From contig JASMDC010000008.1 in the NCBI GenBank assembly GCA_030753015.1, positions 9,281-73,280 on the forward strand: a DNA stretch of 64,000 nt, written 5' to 3'. A program made the translations under genes and the position numbers. The notes beneath the pieces are model-generated. The model was not told where the DNA came from. It was given only the letters and a program-made list of their open reading frames with translations, and searched no databases. This DNA is from Candidatus Undinarchaeales archaeon. GTDB taxonomy: Archaea > SpSt-1190 > JASMDC01. Each line of letters opens with the position of its first letter. The stretch's first letter is position 1. This document shows, in pieces, positions 48,875 to 58,348 of this stretch.

Positions 48875-50476
48875 TCACGCCTTCTCATGCTCACTGAAGG
48901 CCAATGCCTTCCAATCCTTGCCCTTGAGGACACGGCCCAGGATCTCCATGGCCTCCCCCTTGGGCCGGGGATAGGTGAATCCGATCTCGGCGATCTTGTT
49001 CTCGTAGTCAGCGGCGATGTCGTCCAGGGAGTAGCCGGCGGCAGCGGCCTCGGCGGCCAGACGCGCGGCCCAGGCGCCGTCCAGTGTACCGTAGCCGTGG
49101 ATGCCACCGCCCATGGTCGTGACGGTGTCGGTGCCGAACATCTTGGCAAGCTCGATTAGGTGCTTGGGGTTGAGCCCGCCGGAGTTGACGGGCATCATGG
49201 GCCGCATCCCGTACCACTTCTGCGGGAAGAACCAGTTGTACTCGCCCTCCTCGACCTCGGGCACGAAGTCCTCCTGGCTGATGCAACGCGCGTAGTTGAG
49301 GATCTCCGATTTGTCACCTTCCATCTTGCCAACGACGGTGCCGATATGGAGCTCGTCGATACCAGCAAGCCTGCAGCACTTGGCGATGACCATCATGTCC
49401 ACCCCGTGCATGGGGGTCCGTGCGAACCCGGCGTGCATGGCCCGGTGGCCGTGGATGATGAGGGGCGGGCCGTGCTCGCGCAGGGTCTGGACCGCAGTGA
49501 ACCCGCCGGTTATGATATCGATCATGCACCCGATTGCACCCAGCTCCTCGACGAAGTAGGCCTTCTCCAGCATGTCCATGGCGCTGCCCGAGGTGACGTT
49601 GGCGACGTACAGCTTGCGCTCGTCGATGCCTTGGGCGCGGTGCTCGGCCTCTACCTCCTGGATGCGCTTGAACGACAGGTAGGCGCGCAGGAGGAAGGGA
49701 TCGAACTCCTGGTCCGTGAGGTTCTCGTCGTCCTTGACGACGCAGCAGTACTTGAAGGTCTTGTACAGCACCTCGGTCTGCTCGTCGGCGAACAGTCCGG
49801 TCTTGGGCTTGGGGATGGTGCCCACCAGTGTGTGGCCCTTGGTCTTTGTGACCTCGCGGATGCCGGGGATGCCAAACCGCGGACCGGGGAACGTGGATAT
49901 GTACTCCGGCGGCATCTGGAAGTCCATCACCTTGAGATAGTCCACGGCCTTCATGGCCAGGATGTTGCCTGTGATGCACGAGAATAGCTGGGGGATGCTC
50001 CCGGGCTCGAAGAGGGCGAGGGGATAGGCAACCTTGACGTGGCCGGCCTTGCCGTCCACCTCGGGGATGCACTCGTACACGGTGCCCGCGAGGCTGAGGG
50101 TGTAGGAGGTCTCGGTCTGGACGTCCGTCCAGGTACCTGTCGAGGACTCCAGGGTTATATGGTTGGCCGCCTCCTCCAGGGTCTCGCCCTTGGGGGGTGT
50201 CACCTTGAAGGACGCAAGAAGGTACAGCTCCTTCTGCTTGTCCGGCTCGAAGCCGATGTCCAGGAACCGCACGTGGGTGTCCTTCTCCTGGAGACGGGCG
50301 GCCTTCTTAATCTGTGATTCGGTGAGCTCCGGGCGCTTCCAGGTGAAGGGCTTGGCGCGCTCGTCCTGCATCCGGCGGAGCTTCTTGAACATCGTATCCC
50401 TGGCGCGGGCCCGGGCCTCGTCGATCTCCTTGCTGATCGCTGCGTCCAGGACGCCGTTCTTATCGGTGAGAACCAT
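48875..50476 (-). CDS. rbcL: RuBisCO large subunit, form III-like, with N-terminal extension (533 aa)
   Basis: ESSTGTWT, GN, GTIPKPK, KDDE, HGHRAMH, loop 6 HIGTVVGKMEG, SGG and GGG. Start at ATG 50476 (GAGGCG Shine-Dalgarno, TTTAAAA box). Confidence 0.9.
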   Translation of the reverse strand: MVLTDKNGVLDAAISKEIDEARARARDTMFKKLRRMQDERAKPFTWKRPELTESQIKKAARLQEKDTHVRFLDIGFEPDKQKELYLLASFKVTPPKGETLEEAANHITLESSTGTWTDVQTETSYTLSLAGTVYECIPEVDGKAGHVKVAYPLALFEPGSIPQLFSCITGNILAMKAVDYLKVMDFQMPPEYISTFPGPRFGIPGIREVTKTKGHTLVGTIPKPKTGLFADEQTEVLYKTFKYCCVVKDDENLTDQEFDPFLLRAYLSFKRIQEVEAEHRAQGIDERKLYVANVTSGSAMDMLEKAYFVEELGAIGCMIDIITGGFTAVQTLREHGPPLIIHGHRAMHAGFARTPMHGVDMMVIAKCCRLAGIDELHIGTVVGKMEGDKSEILNYARCISQEDFVPEVEEGEYNWFFPQKWYGMRPMMPVNSGGLNPKHLIELAKMFGTDTVTTMGGGIHGYGTLDGAWAARLAAEAAAAGYSLDDIAADYENKIAEIGFTYPRPKGEAMEILGRVLKGKDWKALAFSEHEKA

Positions 50477-50655
50477 GAATTTTCGCCTCGTTTCGAGAGT
50501 CTGTACAGTGACGGACATTTTAAAGCATTGTCTTGAGGGTGGTCCGTGGTGACCCATGACACGGGTCGCTGGGGCAGTGGGATCCGATGGGCACCCCCCC
50601 AGTCATGCGAAAGACTTATGAACGCCCTGTCATGCTCAGTCACACCAGGGGTAAC

Positions 50656-52476
50656 ATGGGTAAGAACGCACCCTCCCAGAAGGAGGAACAGCAGCGCGAA
50701 CGGCCGCCTATTTACATCGCTTTCGAGTGGCACATGCATCAGCCCATCTACCACCCCTACGAGACCGTCACCGAGACCATGAACGGCGGAAATACGAGCA
50801 GCTCGGTCAAGGGCACGCTCCCCGACGGGAAGGACACTCCGGACCTGCGGGAGATCTTCTACTCGCGCTGGGGCCCATACACCACCTGGGTGGCCGACGC
50901 CATCGAGTCCGGCAAGGACGCCGGGCTTGCGGACCTGGGCGCCAGCATGAGCTTCTCCGGTTCTCTGATCGAGAACCTCAACGCTCTGGAGGAGGCTGAT
51001 CCGAACGGTACCTTCAAGGATTGGGCAAACCGCTTCATCGAGGCCCGGCACTGGGAGACGTCCGAGGGCAACCCGCGCCTTGACATCGTCGGGTTCGGGT
51101 ACCACCACCCCCTCATGGGGCTTATCGAGTATGACGACATCCGCCGCTCGGTTGCCGACCACAAGCAGATCGTCGCAGAGACGTTCGGTGATGATGTGGC
51201 GTACTCCAAGGGTATCTTTCCGCCCGAGAACGCCTTCTCGGAACGCATGATCCCCGCCCTCGTGGATGAGGGCTTCGAGTGGGCGCTCATCGACAACGTC
51301 CACCTGGAGCGGGCGTGCGAGAACTACCCCTACACCACCGGTTCCAACCTCAAACCGCCCAACCCGGCCGACCAGCAGAATCCCGATCCGGACGATTGGG
51401 TGCAGCTCAACGGGCTCTGGTCACCTGGGAAAGTGTCCGGCGGGTTCGCCCACCGGCCCCACTGGGTCGAGTACACCGACGCCAACGGCCGGACCTCGCA
51501 GATGATCGGCGTGTTCGCGGACCGGTACCTGGGCACCGAGGACGCCCGGGGCGGTTTCGGGGCGCTGAACTACGAGCACGTGATGAGCCAGCTCGAGAAG
51601 TTCAACACCGATCCAGACCACCCGCTGCTCATCGTGCTCCCCCATGACGGGGACAATTATGGCGGCGGTTCCGACTCGTACTATCACCACAATTTCCAGC
51701 GGTTCGTCCATTGGCTGCAGGCCAACCCGGGCCGCTTCCAGTGCACGACCATCCAGGACTACCTGGACAAGTTCCCCGTGGCCGACGACGACGTGGTCCA
51801 CGTGGAGCCCGGTTCCTGGAGCGGTGCGGACAACGGCGACCCGGAGTTCAAGAAGTGGAACGGGGACCCGGTCAACGGCTACTCGCCCGACCGCAACTCG
51901 TGGGCGGTCATCGTGGCCGCAAAGAACCGCGTCAGGACAGCGGAGGCCATCGATCCCGACGCCCCCGAGACGAAAGAGGCCTGGCGGTTCCTGGACGTGG
52001 GGCAGACCTCATGCTACTGGTACTGGGACGGCAACACCGAGTGGGACTCGAACCCAACCCTTGCCGCCAACCAGGCGGTCGAGCAAGCGGACCGGATTAT
52101 CGGCCAAGGCCCCGACACGATGGGGCCCACCCTCTACCTTCCCCAGCGCGATCCCTACAACCCGGGTGGACGCGGATGGGGCAACAAACCGGAACCGGAG
52201 GACGTGCGCATCTGGACGCTGGGGTACGATGTGTCGGGCATCGAGCGTGTGGACCTGAAGTACCGAGAGGTCGGCGAGCAGGACTGGCAGAGCACGCCCA
52301 TGACCGCGAGCCCGATGCCTGCCCCGCGGACCGATCCCAAACCCACCTACCGCGGCGAGGAGTACGGCGCGGAGCTCACGGGGCTCCACGATGTGACCAT
52401 CGAGTATTATGCAGAGGCCCAGGACACGCTCGGGAATATTTCCCAGTCGGACGTCCAGCAGGTGTACATCGAGTGA
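50656..52476 (+). CDS. GH57/GH119-like alpha-glucan hydrolase
   Basis: WHMHQPIY, YHHPL, FPPENAF (Glu nucleophile), HDGDN (Asp acid/base) and TSCYWYW motifs. Confidence 0.8.
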   Translation: MGKNAPSQKEEQQRERPPIYIAFEWHMHQPIYHPYETVTETMNGGNTSSSVKGTLPDGKDTPDLREIFYSRWGPYTTWVADAIESGKDAGLADLGASMSFSGSLIENLNALEEADPNGTFKDWANRFIEARHWETSEGNPRLDIVGFGYHHPLMGLIEYDDIRRSVADHKQIVAETFGDDVAYSKGIFPPENAFSERMIPALVDEGFEWALIDNVHLERACENYPYTTGSNLKPPNPADQQNPDPDDWVQLNGLWSPGKVSGGFAHRPHWVEYTDANGRTSQMIGVFADRYLGTEDARGGFGALNYEHVMSQLEKFNTDPDHPLLIVLPHDGDNYGGGSDSYYHHNFQRFVHWLQANPGRFQCTTIQDYLDKFPVADDDVVHVEPGSWSGADNGDPEFKKWNGDPVNGYSPDRNSWAVIVAAKNRVRTAEAIDPDAPETKEAWRFLDVGQTSCYWYWDGNTEWDSNPTLAANQAVEQADRIIGQGPDTMGPTLYLPQRDPYNPGGRGWGNKPEPEDVRIWTLGYDVSGIERVDLKYREVGEQDWQSTPMTASPMPAPRTDPKPTYRGEEYGAELTGLHDVTIEYYAEAQDTLGNISQSDVQQVYIE

Positions 52477-52486
52477 GGTACTGAAG

Positions 52487-52591
52487 ATGAAGCTGCGCGA
52501 CCTGTTCTTCATGGTGATACTGTGCTTCACTTTCTATATGCTCTGGGGGCCTGTAGGCGTGCTGGACGTGTACGAGCTGCTGTTCTGGTAA
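52487..52591 (+). CDS. 34-aa membrane peptide
   Basis: GAGGT Shine-Dalgarno overlapping the upstream stop. MKLRDLFFMVILCFTFYMLWGPVGVLDVYELLFW. Confidence 0.5.
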   Translation: MKLRDLFFMVILCFTFYMLWGPVGVLDVYELLFW

Positions 52592-52656
52592 AAGGTCGAC
52601 CGGCCGATACGACGGATTAAATAAGATGTGGCCCGTGGATACCTCCTGGTGATTCG

Positions 52657-52845
52657 ATGTACAAACGAGTTCACATGTTCATGACGCTGTTCATGGTGCT
52701 AGTGCTCCTCGTGGGTGTCTCGGGATGCCTCGGTGGCGATGACAGCGAGGACAAGGACCTGGACAATCCCCTCGACGTGAAAGAGGGCGAGGAGTTCGAT
52801 CCCATGAGCGATACCGAGGGTGAGGAAGAAGCCGACTCATCGTAG
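52657..52845 (+). CDS. small acidic lipoprotein
   Basis: TTAAATAA box, GGTGA Shine-Dalgarno, lipobox VSGC and an acidic tail. Confidence 0.65.
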   Translation: MYKRVHMFMTLFMVLVLLVGVSGCLGGDDSEDKDLDNPLDVKEGEEFDPMSDTEGEEEADSS

Positions 52846-52914
52846 CGTCGGACAAAGCGTCGATACGACACCCTCCGGGACTGCCGGCGGCCCTGCCCCA
52901 GCCATGACAACATA

Positions 52915-54339
52915 TTGACACTCCCCCGAATGAATTCGGGGGATTCTTGGAAGAGCGAGCATGAGATGTCATGCTGTTACCTCCAGGGGGTGTGCCAGCA
53001 CCCCGTTAACGCGCCCTCCGAAGACGACGCCTATATTGATCGCACCCACAGTGTCCCGGTGCGCTTCTATGCCGCATGATCTGCACTTCAGAAGACGACC
53101 CCTCTTCGTCACTGATGTGTCGCCACACCAAGGACACACGCTTGATGTGCCTCTCTCGTCGATCATGGTCACTTTGATCCCATACTCTTGGGCGACACAC
53201 TGAAGCCGTTCCAGGAGAAAGCGGTGGCTCCAGAAGTTGTGGATCATCGAATCCGACTTCTTGCCGAATGTGGCATTGTCCCTGATCCCCGTGAGGTCAC
53301 CTACGACGATCTCGCTGACACCTTCCCGCCAGAGCCGTTCGATCGCTTTCCTGACGATCGTGTTTACATACTGCCGGAAGCGTAGCTTCCGCTTGCGGAA
53401 CAAGGAGCGGATCTGCTTTGTCGTCTTCCTGCCGTTCGTCCTCTTCGCTATCGACTTCAGCCGGTCGATACGACGTGATAGATACCACCAGTCGGAAAGT
53501 GCGGGTCGCCCACTGTACGCGATCGATCGCCTATCCCCTTCGATCACTACATCGAGCAGTTCGAGCACGCCAAGGTCCACGAAGGCCCTCTTGTTCGAGA
53601 GCGGTTGATGTGGAGGATCGACCTCCACGATCTGCCTGGCATACCATTTCCGTCTGATGGAGTCATACAGAAGGGTCAGCAACCCTTGCCTTGTCCGGTC
53701 GTTCCATTTCGGTTTTCCTCTCCAATTCACCTCCAACTTTTTCGGCAGCTTCAATATACTGCCTTCTATCGTATAGCAATCGCATCGGATGAGTATGAGC
53801 TGCTTCCTCTTCCCCGTTGACCTGTGCTTCCAGTATCCGGGAGGGCTCACTCTCTGGATGCGGGGCGGGAGCTTGCCCTTCTTCTTGAGTTCGAGCAACG
53901 CGAAGAACGAACGCCAAGCCTCGCTGTTCTTCCTCTCGATCTGCTGAGCTGTCGCAGAGCCAATGATGCACTTGTATCTATCGTACAGGTCCTTCGTGTT
54001 CCAGTTCACCTTGTCTGCGTTGAAGATGCTCTGCCTTCGTCGATAGCTGATCTCGTTCCAAAGGCGAGCACAACCATCCGCGAGCTCATGCAGTCGTTCG
54101 TCTTGTTCCAACGAAGGTGACAATGCAAAGGTGTTCGTTCTCCTCATGGTCAGACCTTCGACCGCATCTTAATGATATCCCACGATGATCGAATAGTGTC
54201 TTTGGAGCGTTAAGGTGTTATGGGGGGTGGCGTGCCGCTATTCAGGTGGTTCTTTTACCTTTCGGGTTTGGTTTCCCTTCGGGAAACACGTCATTCATCC
54301 CAACTATGAATTAGATGGGCTTTCTGTCTCAAACCCGTT
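52915..54339 (-). mobile_element. non-autonomous IS200/IS605-family (IS1341-type) element
   Basis: Left end TTAT|16 nt-AAAG-hairpin CCCATCTA-ATTCA-TAGTTGGG. Right end GAAT-CCCCCGAA-TTCA-TTCGGGGG-AGTG-TCAA. The guide tetramers AAAG/GAAT and the TCAA end match the IS608 scheme. No tnpA. Confidence 0.85.
52969..54147 (-). CDS. tnpB: RNA-guided endonuclease TnpB
   Basis: RuvC-I FVDLG, IVVGDL, IDERGTSSVCPWCG...CRSCG zinc finger and RuvC-III HRDTVGAINI. Confidence 0.93.
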   Translation of the reverse strand: MRRTNTFALSPSLEQDERLHELADGCARLWNEISYRRRQSIFNADKVNWNTKDLYDRYKCIIGSATAQQIERKNSEAWRSFFALLELKKKGKLPPRIQRVSPPGYWKHRSTGKRKQLILIRCDCYTIEGSILKLPKKLEVNWRGKPKWNDRTRQGLLTLLYDSIRRKWYARQIVEVDPPHQPLSNKRAFVDLGVLELLDVVIEGDRRSIAYSGRPALSDWWYLSRRIDRLKSIAKRTNGRKTTKQIRSLFRKRKLRFRQYVNTIVRKAIERLWREGVSEIVVGDLTGIRDNATFGKKSDSMIHNFWSHRFLLERLQCVAQEYGIKVTMIDERGTSSVCPWCGDTSVTKRGRLLKCRSCGIEAHRDTVGAINIGVVFGGRVNGVLAHPLEVTA

Positions 54340-54368
54340 ATAAAAGTTACGTCCCCACAGAGTGGACC

Positions 54369-54941
54369 ATGGAGGAGTACCTGCCCAACCACTCCTCGCG
54401 CATGGATCCACACCGCCACAAGGCGATCGTATGCCACGGCGACTCGCTCACCTGGGGCTTCATGATCAATCGGGAGGATTGTTATCCCGCGCGTCTCGAG
54501 CGCCACCTCGGCGGTGACTGGCAGGTCTTCAACACGGGCCAGAACGGTGACACCGCGGAGGGTGGGCTCACACGGCTCGGTCGCGAGGTGCTCCCCGAGA
54601 ACCCCCGGCTCGTCGTCATCGGGTTCGGTACCAACGACTTCTACGATGGTGTGCCCTCCAAGCGCGTGTTCGCGGCGATGGACACGATGGTCGAGCGTGT
54701 CCTCGCCGACGGGGCCGAGGTCATCCTCTGGGGATTTCCGCTCTCCCAGGCCTACGGGCAGGGGTACGAGTTCATCGCGCGCAAGCACAAGGTCCCGCTC
54801 CTCGATTACCTGCACGAGGACATCTACGGACGACAGGGGAACGTGTTCCCCGACGGTATCCACCTCACTGTCAGAGGGTATGCTGCAGTAGAGGCCCGGG
54901 TCCTGCCGGTGGTCCGACGGGTGCTGGGGATCGACACCTGA
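54369..54941 (+). CDS. SGNH/GDSL hydrolase (arylesterase-like)
   Basis: GDSLT, G.NG, GTND and DGIH blocks. Confidence 0.9.
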   Translation: MEEYLPNHSSRMDPHRHKAIVCHGDSLTWGFMINREDCYPARLERHLGGDWQVFNTGQNGDTAEGGLTRLGREVLPENPRLVVIGFGTNDFYDGVPSKRVFAAMDTMVERVLADGAEVILWGFPLSQAYGQGYEFIARKHKVPLLDYLHEDIYGRQGNVFPDGIHLTVRGYAAVEARVLPVVRRVLGIDT

Positions 54942-54942
54942 G

Positions 54943-56220
54943 CTACTCGATGTTGGCGTGGCGCCTGCGCATCTTCTCAGGAGTCTCGCTGAGGGCCTGC
55001 TGTAGGTCGAACACGACGCCCTCGAGGAAGATGAGCGAGAGGATCTCGAACAGTGAGCCCATGGGCGTCAGCTCCTCGATCTGCGAGGTGAGCTGGCGGG
55101 CGATGTAGGACACCTCCTTGGACTCGCGCACCCTGCCGTGGATGAGGAACATCACATCGGCCAGCTTACCAAGGGTGCTCTCGGGAGTGGAGGTGATGGC
55201 GACCACCTTGGCGCCGTTGCCATGGGCGGCCTGGATGGGGCCGATGGTGAGGCTCGTCTCACCCGAACCCGATAGACCGACGATGATGTCGTCAGCCTCG
55301 ACGGCGGGCATGGTCACCTCGCCTATGACATGGACACGCAGCCCCATGTGCATGAGCCGCATGCCGAAGGCGGCCCCTACCAGCCGTGAGCGTCCGGTCC
55401 CGCACACGTACACCTTGCGGTCGTTCTCGCGTGCGTCCTTGATCAGCTCGACGAAGCGGTCTATTGCCTCGCCGTCGAGCTCCTCGGCCAGCTTGTTCGC
55501 CTGGCTGGCGTAGAAGCGCATGGTCATCCCCACGGGGACACTGAAAGCAACATGACTCATCCTGGAGAGGATGGTGCGTACTGTGGACTGGGGATCCTCG
55601 GATTCGCGGAGCGCTCGGCCGATGACAAGTCGCTGGGCGCCGTTCATCAGCACCCGTTCAATGTGCTCTTCATCCAGAGCACCCGCGGCGATGACGGGGA
55701 TGGTCAGCTCCCGTGACACCTGCTCGATCTCCTGGAAGGGATCGACGGTGCGCTTGGTGAGAAAGCTCGTGTGGACCACGACCGCGTCCATACCAAGCTG
55801 CTCGGCCTCCTTCGCCTTCTCGACGACGCTGCGGTCCTTGTCCACGTGCGAGAGGTCCATGTAGACCTTCACGCCCTCGTCCCGGGCGTACTGGAGGATC
55901 GTCTTGACGATGTGGGGTGCGTGATGGCTGGTTATGATTATGGCATGAGCGCCGAATTCCCTGATGGAACGGATGGTCTTGAACTCCTCGATGTGCTTGA
56001 GGTCGGCCACGACCTCGAAGGGTTCTTCCCGCTCCGCAAAGAGCCCCTGAAGACGGCCAAGGACGTACCGCGTCCCGAGGGTCTGAAGAGTGTGGTGGTC
56101 CACCTCGAATATGCGGGCACCTCCCTTCCAAAGCTCGTCAGCTAGCGCGATGAGCGCATCGATGTCGTAGCTGTCGTCCACCTTCAGATAGACCTGGAGT
56201 TCCGGCTTCGTCGTCTCCAT
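54943..56220 (-). CDS. hexulose-6-phosphate synthase-like / 6-phospho-3-hexuloisomerase fusion
   Basis: OMPdecase/HUMPS barrel (ADLK, AAG.L, IGR) plus a PHI SIS domain (G.GRS, MRLMH, SGSGET, PMGSLFE, RRHANIE). Confidence 0.85.
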   Translation of the reverse strand: METTKPELQVYLKVDDSYDIDALIALADELWKGGARIFEVDHHTLQTLGTRYVLGRLQGLFAEREEPFEVVADLKHIEEFKTIRSIREFGAHAIIITSHHAPHIVKTILQYARDEGVKVYMDLSHVDKDRSVVEKAKEAEQLGMDAVVVHTSFLTKRTVDPFQEIEQVSRELTIPVIAAGALDEEHIERVLMNGAQRLVIGRALRESEDPQSTVRTILSRMSHVAFSVPVGMTMRFYASQANKLAEELDGEAIDRFVELIKDARENDRKVYVCGTGRSRLVGAAFGMRLMHMGLRVHVIGEVTMPAVEADDIIVGLSGSGETSLTIGPIQAAHGNGAKVVAITSTPESTLGKLADVMFLIHGRVRESKEVSYIARQLTSQIEELTPMGSLFEILSLIFLEGVVFDLQQALSETPEKMRRRHANIE

Positions 56221-56283
56221 GCTCCTCGCTTTTGGGATGCTATGGGAAGGGTTAAAAGACTACGCCTCCCCTCCTGCCCTGCC

Positions 56284-57381
56284 ATGGAGATGGAATCACC
56301 AGACCAGTCCCGACGTACGAGGTTGCTGGAGAACCGGGTCCACGAGCTCGAGGCGGCCATACAGCGGTTCCTAGCACCGCCCAACCTCGTGGCGACCATC
56401 TCCGAGCGTCACCCCAACGGCATGGTCGTAGCGCGCCTCTCGAACGGTCAAGAGGTGTTCACCACCGTCCGCCAGGGCCTGGAGGAGAAGGTGCTCCCCG
56501 GCGACCGAGTCCGTGTAGACCAGAAGAACTTCACGATAATCGACGTGCTCGGTGGTACACGGGACTTCGATGTCGAACGTTTCGTCGTCATGGAGAAGCC
56601 CGAGATCTCCTGGGAGGACGTGGGCGGCCTTTCCGAGGAGATGCGTGAGCTTAAAGAGGTCGTGGAGCTGCCGCTCACCGATCCCGATCTGTTCCGCGAG
56701 GTGGGTATCACGCCGCCCAAGGGCGTGCTCCTTCATGGACCGCCCGGGACCGGGAAGACGCTGATGGCCAAGGCCGTTGCGAACGCCACGAACGCCACGT
56801 TCATCGAGGTCGTTGGCTCGGAGCTCGCTCAGAAGTTCATCGGCGAGGGTGCAAAGCTCGTCAGGGACATCTTCTCCCTGGCCCGCGACCGCGCTCCCAC
56901 GCTCCTGTTTATCGACGAGGTGGACGCCATCGCTGCCAAACGCATCGAAGTGGGCACCTCCGGCGAGCGCGAGGTGCAGCGCACGTTCATGCAGCTGCTG
57001 GCAGAGATCGACGGTTTCCATCCCCTGGGGGACGTGAAGGTCGTTGCCGCCACCAACCGACCGGACATCCTCGACCCGGCCCTCGTGCGCCATGGACGCC
57101 TCGACCGGCTCATCAAGGTGCCGCTCCCCGACGAGAAAGGCAGGCGGGACATCGTTCTGATCCACACGCGTCCCATGAACACCGACGAGTTCGATGTCGA
57201 TAAGCTTGTCAAGCTCACTGACGAGATGTCGGGGGCCGACATCCACAACGTGTGCACCGAGGCCGGTTACATGGCCATCCGCGACAAGCGTACAAGGGTT
57301 ACGCAGAAGGACTTCGATGACGCCATCAAGAAGGTGCGGCGCGAGGACAAGGAAGCAGTCGTCTACTCGATGTTCAGGTAA
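56284..57381 (+). CDS. pan: proteasome-activating nucleotidase
   Basis: Coiled coil plus PP hinge, OB domain, GPPGTGKT, KFIGEG, FIDEVD, EREVQRT and SRH. Confidence 0.93.
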   Translation: MEMESPDQSRRTRLLENRVHELEAAIQRFLAPPNLVATISERHPNGMVVARLSNGQEVFTTVRQGLEEKVLPGDRVRVDQKNFTIIDVLGGTRDFDVERFVVMEKPEISWEDVGGLSEEMRELKEVVELPLTDPDLFREVGITPPKGVLLHGPPGTGKTLMAKAVANATNATFIEVVGSELAQKFIGEGAKLVRDIFSLARDRAPTLLFIDEVDAIAAKRIEVGTSGEREVQRTFMQLLAEIDGFHPLGDVKVVAATNRPDILDPALVRHGRLDRLIKVPLPDEKGRRDIVLIHTRPMNTDEFDVDKLVKLTDEMSGADIHNVCTEAGYMAIRDKRTRVTQKDFDDAIKKVRREDKEAVVYSMFR

Positions 57382-57507
57382 AGTAGACGTGTCGGGGATC
57401 AGTCCCATGACAGTACATCACCGAGCTCTGACGGTGAGCGCAGTACACAGGAAGGTTATATCGCTCCCGGCAAGGCACTCGACTTCAACGTGAACCTCTA
57501 CGCGGAG

Positions 57508-57720
57508 GACACAATCCAACTTACTAAGGATGTCGAGGTCGTCATCAAGTCCATCGACTGCGGCGTGGAGACGGTGGTCCCCGTGCGCATCGAGCCCATC
57601 ACACGCGAGCCCGCTTGCACCACGAACAAGGTCGTCAGCCTCCGAACGAAGTCCGACAACCTCAGCCCGGCCAGCGGCCTGATCCTCGCCGAGTCGGTGG
57701 ACAACCCGTTCTACGTCATC
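57508..57720 (+). repeat. imperfect ~210-bp direct repeat copy 1 (within ORF 57490-57786)
   Basis: Encodes DTIQLTKD...DCGVETVVPVRIEPITREPAC...SDNLSPASG, which matches 59032-59241. Confidence 0.85.
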
Positions 57721-57781
57721 AGCAGCGACAAGGTGGGCGAGGTGCAGACGGCGCGTCTGGTGATGTTGCCACCTACAAAAA

Positions 57782-57821
57782 TGTAAATAGTTTTATACAT
57801 TATTGTATATAGCTATGTACA
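57782..57821. promoter_or_regulatory. tandem TGTA-N10-TACA operators overlapping the HEPN-MNT promoter
   Basis: TGTAAATAGTTTTATACA (57782-57799) and TGTATATAGCTATGTACA (57804-57821) have a 22-bp period and cover the TATA box and the start codon. Confidence 0.65.
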
Positions 57822-58348
57822 TGGACGGATCGAAGGACATCCTCTCCGAGATGACAACGAACCTGCCCCGCACCACCAAGGCCAGTGATGCGTTCTTCAA
57901 CAACTGCATGAAACGGCGGAGGTTCGTTCAGGTCCCGAAGGACGACTTCGTGAAGCATCTTGAGAAGTCGAAGCACGACCTCTCACAGGTGGACACGGAC
58001 TACATCCAAGGCAGCTGGGATTGGGCTGTCGTCAAGGCTTACTACTCGGTGTTCCATGCCGCGAACGCACTCCTCATCAAAGAGCGCGGTGAGTACTCTA
58101 AGGACCATTCCTGCGTGTTCGTCGCACTCGAGCGCCACGACCTCATCCCTCCGGATCTCTACAAGGAACTGGGCACCCTGCACGGACGGTTCTCGGACCT
58201 GGCCGCGTTCGACATCATCTACGGCGCCAGGAAGGTCGGACAGTACGATGTCGACCGATGGGCCTCCATCTCACAGGCGGATGCCGAACGTGTGCGAGGA
58301 TTCGCCCGGAGGTTCCTCTCGTTCGTGGAGGGGCGGTGTTATCCATGA
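57821..58348 (+). CDS. HEPN domain protein
   Basis: WAVVKAYYSVFHAANALL, H and R...QYD motifs of the archaeal HEPN family paired with MNT. Confidence 0.88.
   Translation: MDGSKDILSEMTTNLPRTTKASDAFFNNCMKRRRFVQVPKDDFVKHLEKSKHDLSQVDTDYIQGSWDWAVVKAYYSVFHAANALLIKERGEYSKDHSCVFVALERHDLIPPDLYKELGTLHGRFSDLAAFDIIYGARKVGQYDVDRWASISQADAERVRGFARRFLSFVEGRCYP

Noticed and set aside
48875-50476. RuBisCO-like protein (form IV)
   Set aside because: KPK, KDDE, HRAMH and loop 6 GKMEG are all retained.
52915-54339. Cas12f/CRISPR locus, or tnpB inverted relative to its ends
   Set aside because: No repeat-spacer array was seen. Read on the minus strand, the left and right ends have the normal IS605 orientation.
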